Below, in pieces: positions 1 to 10,298 of a stretch of 54,713 nt of DNA (position 1 is the first letter of the stretch; each line of letters opens with the position of its first letter). Source of the DNA: an uncultured Gammaproteobacteria bacterium (GTDB taxonomy: Bacteria > Patescibacteriota > Patescibacteriia > Magasanikbacterales > GWA2-37-8); the NCBI GenBank assembly GCA_964641245.1, contig CAZXML010000007.1:1-54713 (forward strand). Reading direction: 5' to 3'. Below the pieces are notes generated by a model, which saw only the letters and a list, made by a program, of their open reading frames with translations, searched no databases and was not told where the DNA came from. The translations under genes and the position numbers were made by a program.

Positions 1-50
1 ACGGCATCCTTTTGGCGGGGTAAAAGTGTCTACGATGTATCTCATCTTAT

Positions 51-76
51 TCACCTGCCTGCCGGCAGGCAGGTGA
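51..76. repeat. Perfect 26-bp palindrome TCACCTGCCTGCCGGCAGGCAGGTGA (REP-like, family D)
   Basis: Self-complementary; related 21-bp copy inside thyA at 26975-26995. Confidence 0.8.
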
Positions 77-78
77 TT

Positions 79-111
79 AAAAAAAGCCCCGCTCTTCACG
101 AAGGGCGGGGC
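79..111 (-). terminator. Intrinsic terminator downstream of NYN gene
   Basis: Minus strand GCCCCGCCCTTC-G-TGAAGAGCGGGGC stem followed by T7. Confidence 0.7.
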
Positions 112-136
112 AGGCTAGGCTAAGTAACATTTAGAT

Positions 137-1267
137 CTAGGCGGAAAGTGACGGTGGGGAGTGCTCTGCCAAAGTATCCAGAAAAACATTGCTCCGGTCG
201 GTGAAGGTGTAGATTCTTTTGCTGGCATCGTCCCGCCAATGAAGCAGACGACCCTCGTGAATCAGCGCCAGCACGGCCTCGCGCAAGTCCTGCTCCGAGT
301 AATTGTCAAACTCTTCCTTGGTTTTGACGACCTCCTGAACATACTGAATTATTTCCATGAAATGAGCCTCTTTTCCGGGATTGAAAAACTTCTTCAATCC
401 GGTTGTAACCATAAAGACAAACCGCGAATTTGGTTCAATTGACCAAAAGTCTCCATCCTTCGCCAAGGCGATGATCTGATCAAAGGCCTTTCGATTTGGA
501 GTTATGGTCGAACCATCCACGAAGGCATCGGCCAGCTGACGGAGAACGGGGTTGAAACTGCCACCGGCCTTTAACAGAACAAACTTCTTGCCGAACTTTT
601 TTACCTTGGCGATGGCCTCCAGGAAATCCGGACCGCCATCGGCAGTGCCAAGAACAATGGTGGAAATAAAATCAACACACGACCAAAATTCCATGTCTTC
701 CTTGATGCGTCTGTCCACCACGTTTGATTGAGAACCGGTCTTCACCAGTCTCACAATCGAACTATCCATCCGGAACAAACTCTGCACCAACGGCAGACAC
801 TTCTTTTCCGTAGCTTCCGAAACATAGATGAAAACCCTCTCAATTTCCACGCCAACCTCTTGCCTGACCTTTTCCAAAATCAGTTCGAGGTCGAATTCGC
901 GGCCTTCCAGCTTTGTGAAAATCAGCTGATTCTCATCAATGAAAATCACGGCGCGTGAAGCCGGTGTTTCCTTCTTGGTTTCTGCGGATTTCTTGACTCC
1001 GCCCTTGCCTCCGGGCAAAGAAATTTCCTCCTGCAAAAACTTTATACGGCTAATCCGCCTACGACCGGTAACATCATACACCCTCTCAATGGCTCCTTTT
1101 TCTTCCAGCTCCTTGAGTTGAATGTGGAAGTTAATCAAATTTGATACCGTTTTGTCAAAATGCGGCAAAACTTCTTCCATGCCCAGTAACGTGTTCGTCC
1201 CCGCCAACTGCTTCAAGAAATAGAACAACTCCTCGACCTTGGACGGCTGACTACCTGCTTGCTCCAT
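137..1267 (-). CDS. NYN/LabA-DUF88 (PIN-like) domain protein with probable wHTH-like terminal regions
   Basis: IFIDENQ, VVDRRIKEDM and IVLGTADGGPDF motifs resemble NYN acidic motifs; strong SD GAGGAGG; TTGACA-17-TAAGAT promoter at 1335-1307. Confidence 0.7.
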   Translation of the reverse strand: MEQAGSQPSKVEELFYFLKQLAGTNTLLGMEEVLPHFDKTVSNLINFHIQLKELEEKGAIERVYDVTGRRRISRIKFLQEEISLPGGKGGVKKSAETKKETPASRAVIFIDENQLIFTKLEGREFDLELILEKVRQEVGVEIERVFIYVSEATEKKCLPLVQSLFRMDSSIVRLVKTGSQSNVVDRRIKEDMEFWSCVDFISTIVLGTADGGPDFLEAIAKVKKFGKKFVLLKAGGSFNPVLRQLADAFVDGSTITPNRKAFDQIIALAKDGDFWSIEPNSRFVFMVTTGLKKFFNPGKEAHFMEIIQYVQEVVKTKEEFDNYSEQDLREAVLALIHEGRLLHWRDDASKRIYTFTDRSNVFLDTLAEHSPPSLSA

Positions 1268-1437
1268 CTCCTCCTCCTCATCAAAGTACGGTACCGAACT
1301 CGTCGCATCTTAATTCATTTTTGGATTTTTGTCAACCTGCATGGTATAATTTAAAAACCTTAATGACCTCATCTATTAACCGCTTAATTATTGTCCAAGT
1401 ATTTAGTTGTTGTGTCATAATTCAGTAAAAAGATCCT

Positions 1438-1752
1438 ATGGAAATTATATTTTTTGATGAAAAGCTTGAAATATTTTTAACAAAACTTGAAAAACCAACT
1501 ATCGCCAAAGTCTTGCGTACGATTGATTTATTAGAATGTTTTGGGCATCAATTAGGAATGCCTCATAGCAAAAAGGTGGGTCATAAATTATTTGAGCTAC
1601 GAATACGTGGTCGGCAAGAAATTCGTTTAATTTATACTTTTCATAACGACAAGACTATAATCATGCATGGATTTATTAAAAAATCTCAAAAGATACCTAG
1701 AAAGGATTTGTTTATTGCTCAACAAAAATTATCAACACTTGACAAGGTATAA
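1438..1752 (+). CDS. Type II toxin, RelE/HigB (Gp49-like)
   Basis: LGMPHSKK..LFELRIRG..IRLIY..IIMHGFIKKSQKIP is typical of Gp49/HigB; precedes an HTH gene. Confidence 0.85.
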   Translation: MEIIFFDEKLEIFLTKLEKPTIAKVLRTIDLLECFGHQLGMPHSKKVGHKLFELRIRGRQEIRLIYTFHNDKTIIMHGFIKKSQKIPRKDLFIAQQKLSTLDKV

Positions 1753-1767
1753 CATATACGTTATAGT
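1739..1767 (+). promoter_or_regulatory. Internal antitoxin promoter with overlapping palindromic operator
   Basis: TTGACA-17-TATAGT with inverted repeat TATAAC-N6-GTTATA (1748-1765). Confidence 0.65.
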
Positions 1768-1776
1768 ACTCATACT

Positions 1777-2049
1777 ATGAAATCCTATACAAAAATAAAA
1801 GGACGGCTTCTCAAAGACAGAACAACCCGTCAAGAATACCAAAAGCTTGACGCTGAATTTGCATTAGCGCAAACAATTATCGAAAAACGTCTGGCCAAAG
1901 GCTTCACTCAAGCAGCTTTGGCATATAAGATAGGAACTAAACAATCCTCCATAGCCCGACTTGAATCTGGAAATTATAATCCCTCCATGGCTTTTCTGGA
2001 AAAAATAGCTAAGGCGCTAGACACAAAAGTAGTTATCTCTCTTTCGTAA
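1777..2049 (+). CDS. XRE-family HTH antitoxin (HigA-like)
   Basis: FTQAALAYKIGTKQSSIARLESGNYNPS HTH; toxin-first higBA order. Confidence 0.85.
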   Translation: MKSYTKIKGRLLKDRTTRQEYQKLDAEFALAQTIIEKRLAKGFTQAALAYKIGTKQSSIARLESGNYNPSMAFLEKIAKALDTKVVISLS

Positions 2050-2058
2050 TCCAAAATC

Positions 2059-2097
2059 AATCAAAAAAGAGCTGCGTAATGGAGCTCTTTTTTGATT
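2059..2097. terminator. Bidirectional terminator between higA-like gene and fusA
   Basis: AATCAAAAAAGAGCT...AGCTCTTTTTTGATT. Confidence 0.75.
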
Positions 2098-2106
2098 TTA
2101 ATTTTT

Positions 2107-4182
2107 TTACTTCTGTGTTCCCGCAATAATAGTCTCGGCAACGTTGCGCGGTACTTCGGCGTAATGGCCGAATTCCATGCTGTAGCTGGCGCGGCCCTGA
2201 CTGATACTGCGCAGGGTGGTGGCGTAACCAAACATGCTGGCTAGCGGCACAATGGCCTTCACCACTTTCATGGTTCCGCGATCAAACATTTCCTGAATTT
2301 GTCCGCGTTTGGAGTTTAAGTCGCCGATTACATCTCCCATAAAACTTTCCGGAGTAACGGTTTCTACTTTCATTATCGGTTCCATAATAATTGGGGTGGC
2401 GCGTTTGCAGGCGGCTTGGAAAGCCATGGAACCGGCCATTTTAAAGGCCTGTTCGGAAGAGTCTACTTCGTGGTATGAACCATCGTAAACCGTAACTTTC
2501 AAATCTACCACCGGATAACCGGCCTGAATACCTCTGGTTAAGGAACCCTTCACGCCTTTTTCCACAGCCGGAATAAATTCTTTAGGAATTGAACCGCCTT
2601 TGGTTTCGTCTTCAAATTCGTAGCCCTTGCCCGGTTCTAAAGGTTCTACGCGCAACCAGCAATGACCGTATTGGCCACGGCCGCCGGACTGCTTGATATA
2701 TTTGCCTTCCGCTTCGGCCGAAGTTTTAATAGTTTCTTTGTAAGCAACTTGCGGTTTACCCACATTGGCTTCCACTTTAAATTCACGGCGCATGCGGTCT
2801 ACGATAATATCTAAGTGCAGTTCGCCCATGCCGGCAATAATTGTCTGCAAGGTTTCTTCGTCTGTATGCACGCGGAAGGTTGGGTCTTCTTCAGTCATTT
2901 TTTGTAAAGCCATACCAATTCTTTCCTGGTCGGCTTTTGTTTTTGGTTCAATAGCGATAGAAATAACCGGTTCGGGGAAAACAATTCTTTCTAAAATAAT
3001 CTGATTGTCTTCTTCACAAAGTGTGTCTCCGGTGAAGGTGGATTTGAGTCCAATGGCCGCAGCAATTTCTCCGGCGTAAACATCGGATACATCTTCGCGG
3101 TGGTTGGCGTGCATGCGCACAATTCTTCCCAAACGTTCTTTAGTGCCGTTGTTGGTGTTATAAAGATAACTACCGGCGGAAACGTGTCCGGAATAAACGC
3201 GGAAGAAAATTAATTTACCCACAAACGGGTCGGTGGCAATTTTAAAAGCCAAAGCGGAAAACGGTTCGTTATCATCGGCTTTGAATGTTTTTTCGGCTTC
3301 GGTGTCCGGATCTATACCTTTTAATGGCGGAATATCTAAAGGAGAAGGCAGGTATTCGGTGACGGCATCCAACATGAACTGCACGCCGATATTGGATAGC
3401 GCGGAACCGCAAAGCACCGGATAAAGTTTGCTTTTTAAGGTTAAAATTCTGATGGCCGTTTTAATTTCCGCATTGGTAAGAGCGGTGCCGTTTAAAAACT
3501 TTTCCATAAGTTCGTCGGTGGCTTCGGAAACTTTTTCCACCATTTTAGCGCGGTATTCTTTTACCATTTCTTTCATATCTTCCGGAATAGGAATTTCCAC
3601 AATATTTTCTCCGTGCTGGCCTTCAAATTTATAGGCTTTTTCTTCTATTAAATCTACCAAACCGGAAAAGGTGCTGTCCGCGCCAATTGGCAATTGAACA
3701 GCCACAGCATCTTTGGATAATCTTTCCTGAATAGAAGCCAGACTCATAAAAAAGTCCGCTCCCAATTTGTCCATTTTATTTACAAAAGCAATGCGGGAAA
3801 CATTATATTTATCAGCCTGATGCCAAACAGTTTCGGATTGAGGTTCCACACCCTGGGAACTGTCGAATAATGCGACCGCTCCGTCTAACACACGCAAAGA
3901 ACGCTCTACCTCTACGGTAAAGTCCACGTGGCCGGGGGTATCTATAATGTTGATGCGGAAACCTTTCCAGAAACAAGTGGTGGCGGCGGAAGTAATGGTG
4001 ATACCGCGTTCTTTTTCCTGTTCCATCCAGTCCATTTCGGCCGCGCCTTCATGCACCTCGCCGATTTTGTGTTTTTTGCCGGTGTAAAATAAAACACGTT
4101 CGGTGGTGGTGGTTTTGCCGGCGTCTATGTGAGCCATGATGCCGATGTTTCTGGTTTTATCTAGGGAGAAGTCACGAGGCAT
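2107..4182 (-). CDS. fusA: Elongation factor G
   Basis: [31 protein letters not shown]; 691 aa. Confidence 0.99.
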   Translation of the reverse strand: MPRDFSLDKTRNIGIMAHIDAGKTTTTERVLFYTGKKHKIGEVHEGAAEMDWMEQEKERGITITSAATTCFWKGFRINIIDTPGHVDFTVEVERSLRVLDGAVALFDSSQGVEPQSETVWHQADKYNVSRIAFVNKMDKLGADFFMSLASIQERLSKDAVAVQLPIGADSTFSGLVDLIEEKAYKFEGQHGENIVEIPIPEDMKEMVKEYRAKMVEKVSEATDELMEKFLNGTALTNAEIKTAIRILTLKSKLYPVLCGSALSNIGVQFMLDAVTEYLPSPLDIPPLKGIDPDTEAEKTFKADDNEPFSALAFKIATDPFVGKLIFFRVYSGHVSAGSYLYNTNNGTKERLGRIVRMHANHREDVSDVYAGEIAAAIGLKSTFTGDTLCEEDNQIILERIVFPEPVISIAIEPKTKADQERIGMALQKMTEEDPTFRVHTDEETLQTIIAGMGELHLDIIVDRMRREFKVEANVGKPQVAYKETIKTSAEAEGKYIKQSGGRGQYGHCWLRVEPLEPGKGYEFEDETKGGSIPKEFIPAVEKGVKGSLTRGIQAGYPVVDLKVTVYDGSYHEVDSSEQAFKMAGSMAFQAACKRATPIIMEPIMKVETVTPESFMGDVIGDLNSKRGQIQEMFDRGTMKVVKAIVPLASMFGYATTLRSISQGRASYSMEFGHYAEVPRNVAETIIAGTQK

Positions 4183-4248
4183 ATTTGAAAATTAACAATT
4201 AGCAATTATCAATTAACAATTTGTTAGTTGTTAATTGTTTTTTGTTTA

Positions 4249-4725
4249 TTATTTAGCGAAGCGAGCAAAGTGAGCAAACGCCTTGTTAGCTTCAGCCATT
4301 CTGTGTACGTCGTCGCGTTTTTTAATAGCATCGCCAACACCTTGGGCGCTGTCCATTAATACTGTGGCCAATTTTTCGGCCATTGGCTGTCCTTTTTTGT
4401 TGCGGGCCGCTTCTACAATCCAGCGGAAGGTTAAAGCGTTCTGACGGGTGGCGCTAACAGGCATAGGCACCTGATAGTTGGCTCCACCTACCCGGCGGGA
4501 GCGGACTTCTACTTGAGGGGCAACTGTTTTTACAGCGTCTTCAAAAGTTTTCATCGGATCTTTTTTAGCCTCAACAATTTTATCAAAGGCGCCGTAAACA
4601 ATGGACTGCGCGACTGTTTTCTTTCCGCCCATCATGATGTGATTGATAAATTTAGCCAGCGCAATACTGCCGTATTTAGGATCCGGAGATATTGTTCTTT
4701 GGTAATCTTTATTTCCACCGCGCAT
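4249..4725 (-). CDS. rpsG: 30S ribosomal protein S7 (start at MRGG; the longer ORF begins inside a repeat)
   Basis: EVRSRRVGGANYQVP, HRMAEANKAFAH. Confidence 0.97.
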   Translation of the reverse strand: MRGGNKDYQRTISPDPKYGSIALAKFINHIMMGGKKTVAQSIVYGAFDKIVEAKKDPMKTFEDAVKTVAPQVEVRSRRVGGANYQVPMPVSATRQNALTFRWIVEAARNKKGQPMAEKLATVLMDSAQGVGDAIKKRDDVHRMAEANKAFAHFARFAK

Positions 4726-4763
4726 ACACTTATAATTTAAGATTTGTGATTTAAGATTTTTAT

Positions 4764-4845
4764 TGTCATGCTGAACTTGTTTCAGCATCTTGTCGATACA
4801 ATATCTTGTCGATACAATAGATCCTGAAATAAATTCAGGATGACA
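4764..4845. repeat. Palindromic element family A (TGTCA...TGACA) with a 16-bp tandem duplication in the spacer
   Basis: TGTCATGCTGAACTTGTTTCAGCATCT...AGATCCTGAAATAAATTCAGGATGACA; ATCTTGTCGATACAAT x2. Confidence 0.9.
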
Positions 4846-4849
4846 TTTG

Positions 4850-5281
4850 TTAAGCCTTCTTCGCCGCCTTCGGTCGTTTGGCGCCGTAAAGACTGCGTCC
4901 CTTGCGTCTGCCTTCTACACCTTGGGCATCATAAACACCGCGTACTATATGATAGCGTACGCCGGGCAAGTCTTTTACACGTCCGCCGCGCAGTAATACG
5001 ATGGAGTGTTCCTGCAAATTATGTCCTTCTCCGGGAATATAAGCGATTACTTCCATGCCATTGGAAAGACGCACCTTGGCAACTTTGCGCAAAGCGGAGT
5101 TTGGTTTTTTTGGAGTGGTGGTATATACCTTGGTACATACGCCTCTCTTGAAAGCGGAACCTTTGGCAAAAACAGTTTTGCGTCTGTGCAAATTGTCTAC
5201 TGTAAATTGCAAAGCAGGCACTTTGCTTTTGCGTACCTGTTTGGTTCTGCCTTTGCGGATAAGTTGATTTATTGTAGGCAT
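4850..5281 (-). CDS. rpsL: 30S ribosomal protein S12
   Basis: [37 protein letters not shown]. Confidence 0.99.
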   Translation of the reverse strand: MPTINQLIRKGRTKQVRKSKVPALQFTVDNLHRRKTVFAKGSAFKRGVCTKVYTTTPKKPNSALRKVAKVRLSNGMEVIAYIPGEGHNLQEHSIVLLRGGRVKDLPGVRYHIVRGVYDAQGVEGRRKGRSLYGAKRPKAAKKA

Positions 5282-5407
5282 AATACACTGATTTAAACTG
5301 ATTATAAAATAATGATTTAAACTGATTATAAGACGTTTGTAATCTGTGTAAAAAAAAGACTGAACGGTATGTTGCTCAGCCACGAGTATTATTGACGTTC
5401 TAGAACG

Positions 5408-5436
5408 ATTATATAGGAATGCTTAAAAAAAGTCAA
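5408..5436 (-). promoter_or_regulatory. Sigma70 promoter of the str operon
   Basis: TTGACT-17-TATAAT on the minus strand. Confidence 0.75.
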
Positions 5437-5447
5437 GGGATAATGTT

Positions 5448-5942
5448 TTAATCCCTTATTCCGGCTACTCTGGCCGCATTTTTGTCGCCATATTGTGGAA
5501 GTAAATCATAATGACCATAATTTTTATTTTCCTCGCCATTCTCCGTTCTTTCCTCCGTAGACACAAGCAAACTGAATTTGGCGATTTTTTCTTCTCCCAA
5601 ATCATTGAATTTTATTATCACCGACTGATCCGTGTCCAAAACTATGCTGTCATTTTTTTTCAGCGCGTCTTTATCGGCGTATTCTTTTGACTTAGCTCTT
5701 TCCCGAAGCTGTTTATACAAAGTCTCGGCTTCCATCACCGAAGATTTTTCTCCATCTATCTTTACAAACGCGGACAATAATTCCGCCAGCTCTTTTGCGT
5801 CTCGTTTGACAAAATCTGTTTTTGTTTCTTTGCCTCCGCGCAAAACTTTTAAATCCGGCGGCCTTTTTTCTCGGTTAATTTCTCCCGACACAAATGAGGC
5901 GTCTTCAGAGCTTCGGGCAAAACCTTCTCCGCGCATGTTCAT
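5448..5942 (-). CDS. Hypothetical protein
   Basis: 164-aa charged ORF filling the uvrD-rpsL gap; no motif recognised. Confidence 0.6.
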   Translation of the reverse strand: MNMRGEGFARSSEDASFVSGEINREKRPPDLKVLRGGKETKTDFVKRDAKELAELLSAFVKIDGEKSSVMEAETLYKQLRERAKSKEYADKDALKKNDSIVLDTDQSVIIKFNDLGEEKIAKFSLLVSTEERTENGEENKNYGHYDLLPQYGDKNAARVAGIRD

Positions 5943-5985
5943 ATGTTTTAATATTTAAGATAATAAACCGATTGTTTATATTCTA

Positions 5986-8226
5986 CTACAAATCCTCCAC
6001 ACTCCGCAAAAAACTGCCGGGCTTGATGCGTAACGGCTTGCCCGGCGTAGCCTTAGCGAAGCCTGGGTCTTCCGGTTCATAAGTCACTCCAGCCTCTTCA
6101 TCGTTTAATACCAAACCGTTATTCATAGACAGTAGAGAATGGTCATCCAATAAATCCGAACTTATTTCTCCTAAAAAAATACTGGGGCCGGAAAGAGAAT
6201 CTCCCCAGCCGGTGCTGGCCATAGGATATGTAAGATGAAGATGTTTTTTGGCGCGGGTAATGGCCACATAAAACAGACGGCGTTCTTCTTCCAAACCATT
6301 TGGTTCGCGAAAAGCGCGGTCGCCGGGAAAAGCGCCGCTGGCCAAATTGATGATAAACACGGCCGACCATTCCAAACCTTTGGCCTGATGAATGGTGGAT
6401 AAAACTACTTTGGACTCCGGCCTATTGTTAATTGTTCTTTGTTGATTGTTTTTTATCTGAAAAGATTCCTGCAAACTGGCCTCGGCCAAAAATTGTTCCA
6501 GTTCATTATATTTTTTGGCAAAAACCTGCAGTTGGGCGATATCTTCCAAACGATCTTTGCTGTCTATATATTCCGCTTCCAAATAATCTTTGTAGGGCGA
6601 ATTTATAATAGAATCAATGAGAGTGGCCGGACTTCTGTCATCCTGAGTGCTAGCGAAGGATCTCTGTCCGTTCGGCGATTGAGACAGAGATTCTTCACTT
6701 CGTTCAGAATGACAGGTGGCGGAGAGCATCGCTTCCCAAATCCGCACAAAGTTATACCAGCCGTTTTTGGCTTTTTCTCCCAAAACTTGCTGGCCGATAA
6801 TTTTTACCTCTTCTATATTAGTAACGGTTTTTAAAGCTTCCACAATTTTCCCCGCCGCGCCCGGGCCAATTCCTTCTTCGTGCATCAGCACGCGCATCCA
6901 CGCGGCCGTGTCGGCAAAGTTATTTAAAATCCGCAAATAAGCCAGAGTGTCTTTAACATGCGCGCGTTCAAAAAACCGCAAACCGCCCCGGTAGTCATAG
7001 GCAATGCCGGCTTTTACCAGTTCCATTTCCAACATTTGAGAATGGTAGGCGGCGCGAAACAGCACGGCAATTTCATTTTCCGGTGTTCCACTATCTATTA
7101 ATTCCACAATTTTACCGGCCACAAATTCCGCTTCGCCGGATTGATCCATTTGCGGATGCAGAGACGGCTTGAGTCCGCTTTTGGTTACGGTTTTTAATTC
7201 TTTTTTATATTGTTTAACATTGTTGGCAATAACATCATTGGCCACCTGCAAAATTTCGTGGCTGGAGCGGTAGTTGGTTTCCAATTTAAAAATTTTTGTA
7301 CCCGGGTAATCTTTTTCAAATTGTAAAATATTTTGCACATCGGCGGCGCGAAAAGAATAAATACTTTGCGCGTCATCTCCCACCACCAAAATATTATGAT
7401 GAACCGAAGCCAGTTTTTTTATAATTGAAGCCTGAATTTTATTGGTGTCCTGATACTCGTCCACCAAAACATATTTAAACTGATTGGCGAACTTTTGCAA
7501 AACATTTTCGTTGTTTAAAAGCAACAGTAAATTCACCAACAAATCATCAAAATCCATGGCGTTGGCTTCCTTCTTTTTTTGATAATAATCATCGCTGATA
7601 CTTTTTATTTGTCCGGAAAACATTTGCCACTGTGGATTTCTTAATTCCAAAACATCGGCCACAGACATTTCCGAATTGCGGGCGTAACTGATTACGGACA
7701 ACAAAACTTTGGCGGACGGGAACTTCTTTCCTTCGCCTTCTATCTTATAATTTTTAGCGCATATTTTTATTAGCGCCTCGCTGTCATCGCTGTCTAAAAC
7801 AGAAAAATTATTTTTAAAACCCAACAACGGCGCGTACTGCCGTAAAATTCTGTAAGCAATATGATGAAAAGTTCCGGCCCAGGGAAGTTCGCCATGGCTG
7901 TCATTCTGAGCATGCGAAGAATCTCTGTCTGGTTGTCCAAACGATTCTGACAGAGATCCTTCACTGCGTTCAGGATGACAATCACGCGCTCGGGATGACA
8001 AAACGAGAGAAGTCACCCTTCTCTTCATCTCATCCGCCGCTTTGTTGGTAAAAGTTACCAGCAAAATATTTTGTGGGTCAATCCCCTGTTCCAAAAGATA
8101 AGCGACCCGATAAGTAATCACTCTGGTTTTGCCGCTGCCGGCTCCGGCTAAAACAAGGCACGGCCCATCGCCGTGCCAAACTGCATCTAATTGTTCCTTG
8201 TTTAGCTCGTTTTGATAATCAATCAT
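5986..8226 (-). CDS. uvrD: UvrD/PcrA superfamily 1 helicase carrying in-frame repeat insertions
   Basis: AGAGSGKT, LVDEYQDTN, VGDDAQSIYSFR, STIHQAKGLEW, EEERRLFYVAITRAK. Confidence 0.95.
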   Translation of the reverse strand: MIDYQNELNKEQLDAVWHGDGPCLVLAGAGSGKTRVITYRVAYLLEQGIDPQNILLVTFTNKAADEMKRRVTSLVLSSRARDCHPERSEGSLSESFGQPDRDSSHAQNDSHGELPWAGTFHHIAYRILRQYAPLLGFKNNFSVLDSDDSEALIKICAKNYKIEGEGKKFPSAKVLLSVISYARNSEMSVADVLELRNPQWQMFSGQIKSISDDYYQKKKEANAMDFDDLLVNLLLLLNNENVLQKFANQFKYVLVDEYQDTNKIQASIIKKLASVHHNILVVGDDAQSIYSFRAADVQNILQFEKDYPGTKIFKLETNYRSSHEILQVANDVIANNVKQYKKELKTVTKSGLKPSLHPQMDQSGEAEFVAGKIVELIDSGTPENEIAVLFRAAYHSQMLEMELVKAGIAYDYRGGLRFFERAHVKDTLAYLRILNNFADTAAWMRVLMHEEGIGPGAAGKIVEALKTVTNIEEVKIIGQQVLGEKAKNGWYNFVRIWEAMLSATCHSERSEESLSQSPNGQRSFASTQDDRSPATLIDSIINSPYKDYLEAEYIDSKDRLEDIAQLQVFAKKYNELEQFLAEASLQESFQIKNNQQRTINNRPESKVVLSTIHQAKGLEWSAVFIINLASGAFPGDRAFREPNGLEEERRLFYVAITRAKKHLHLTYPMASTGWGDSLSGPSIFLGEISSDLLDDHSLLSMNNGLVLNDEEAGVTYEPEDPGFAKATPGKPLRIKPGSFLRSVEDL
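6041..6067. repeat. 27-bp imperfect hairpin encoding PGFAKATPG near the uvrD C-terminus (family F)
   Basis: CCCGGCGTAGCCTTAGCGAAGCCTGGG; REP-like stem, 9 codons; single copy in window. Confidence 0.5.
6636..6714. repeat. Palindromic element family B, in frame in uvrD (CHSERSEESLSQSPNGQRSFASTQDD)
   Basis: TGTCATCCTGAG...TTCAGAATGACA; spacer identical to the intergenic copy at 15134-15211. Confidence 0.92.
7899..8000. repeat. Palindromic element family B plus adjacent partial end, in frame in uvrD (CHPERSEGS...)
   Basis: TGTCATTCTGAGCATGCGAAGAATCT...AGATCCTTCACTGCGTTCAGGATGACA (7899-7980), then CGGGATGACA to 8000. Confidence 0.92.
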
Positions 8227-8309
8227 ATATGCAAAACATATATTCTAATTCGCTCGGAAATAATTAAATAAATTTAACCATTTCACTCACTCATTACGAA
8301 TATAAGAGC

Positions 8310-8816
8310 TTATTTGCGTGGTTTTCTTTGAATATTTTCCTCTATCGCGTCCAGGAATTCACCCAGGTCCCGACGAATATCGGATTCCGAACCGGTGAAC
8401 GCTTTAGAAGTTGTGCCCCCTTTTTCGGTGGGAACTTTTATCTTTAACCGGCTATTATCGCCGGCTGACTCAAAATGCACAAAGCCTATTTCGGTTTTAG
8501 CAAGGAGCGCCTTTACTTCGGCCTCAAATCCGGACTTTGCCTTTTGTGTTTTGGATGAAAACCTGGTCTTAAGCTTTATTTTCTTCGCCTTAAGCTTAAT
8601 GACGCCGATAATTTCATTCCTTTTTTTGGCACACTCTCGGTCGGAAATTATTGCCTGCAAACCGGCCGTCGTAAGTTTGCCTTCAACAAGCAATCTGTCT
8701 GCGATAGCCTGCTGTTGAACATACTCGCCAAACTTCAACCAGTAACTGCACTCCTCTCCTACCTTATAGGGGAGATCCTGCGCGGGGAGTTGTCTTGGAA
8801 CCAGTTGTTTGCTCAT
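8310..8816 (-). CDS. Hypothetical basic protein (start MSKQL; the longer ORF overlaps tgt)
   Basis: Lys-rich ORF divergent from tgt; no motif recognised. Confidence 0.55.
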   Translation of the reverse strand: MSKQLVPRQLPAQDLPYKVGEECSYWLKFGEYVQQQAIADRLLVEGKLTTAGLQAIISDRECAKKRNEIIGVIKLKAKKIKLKTRFSSKTQKAKSGFEAEVKALLAKTEIGFVHFESAGDNSRLKIKVPTEKGGTTSKAFTGSESDIRRDLGEFLDAIEENIQRKPRK

Positions 8817-8865
8817 TTGGAAATATGCTACCACACCTTGATTTTTTATGCAAAACGAAGTATGA

Positions 8866-10233
<1,368 letters not shown>

Positions 10234-10252
10234 ATTTTTCTAAAAAAAACGA

Positions 10253-10269
10253 TCCCGACTAAGTCGGGA
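10253..10269. terminator. Hairpin between convergent tgt and the 965-aa gene
   Basis: TCCCGACTAAGTCGGGA preceded by an A-tract; same core as hairpins at 19323 and 30832. Confidence 0.6.
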
Positions 10270-10298
10270 CCGATGAACTTAAATAAAGAACTGCCTAA

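Noticed and set aside
4726..4788. Extended starts of rpsG (similarly rpsL, rpe, proS, dCMP deaminase, NIF3-like gene)
   Set aside because: The extensions come from repeat or leader sequence; conserved N-termini begin at downstream ATGs
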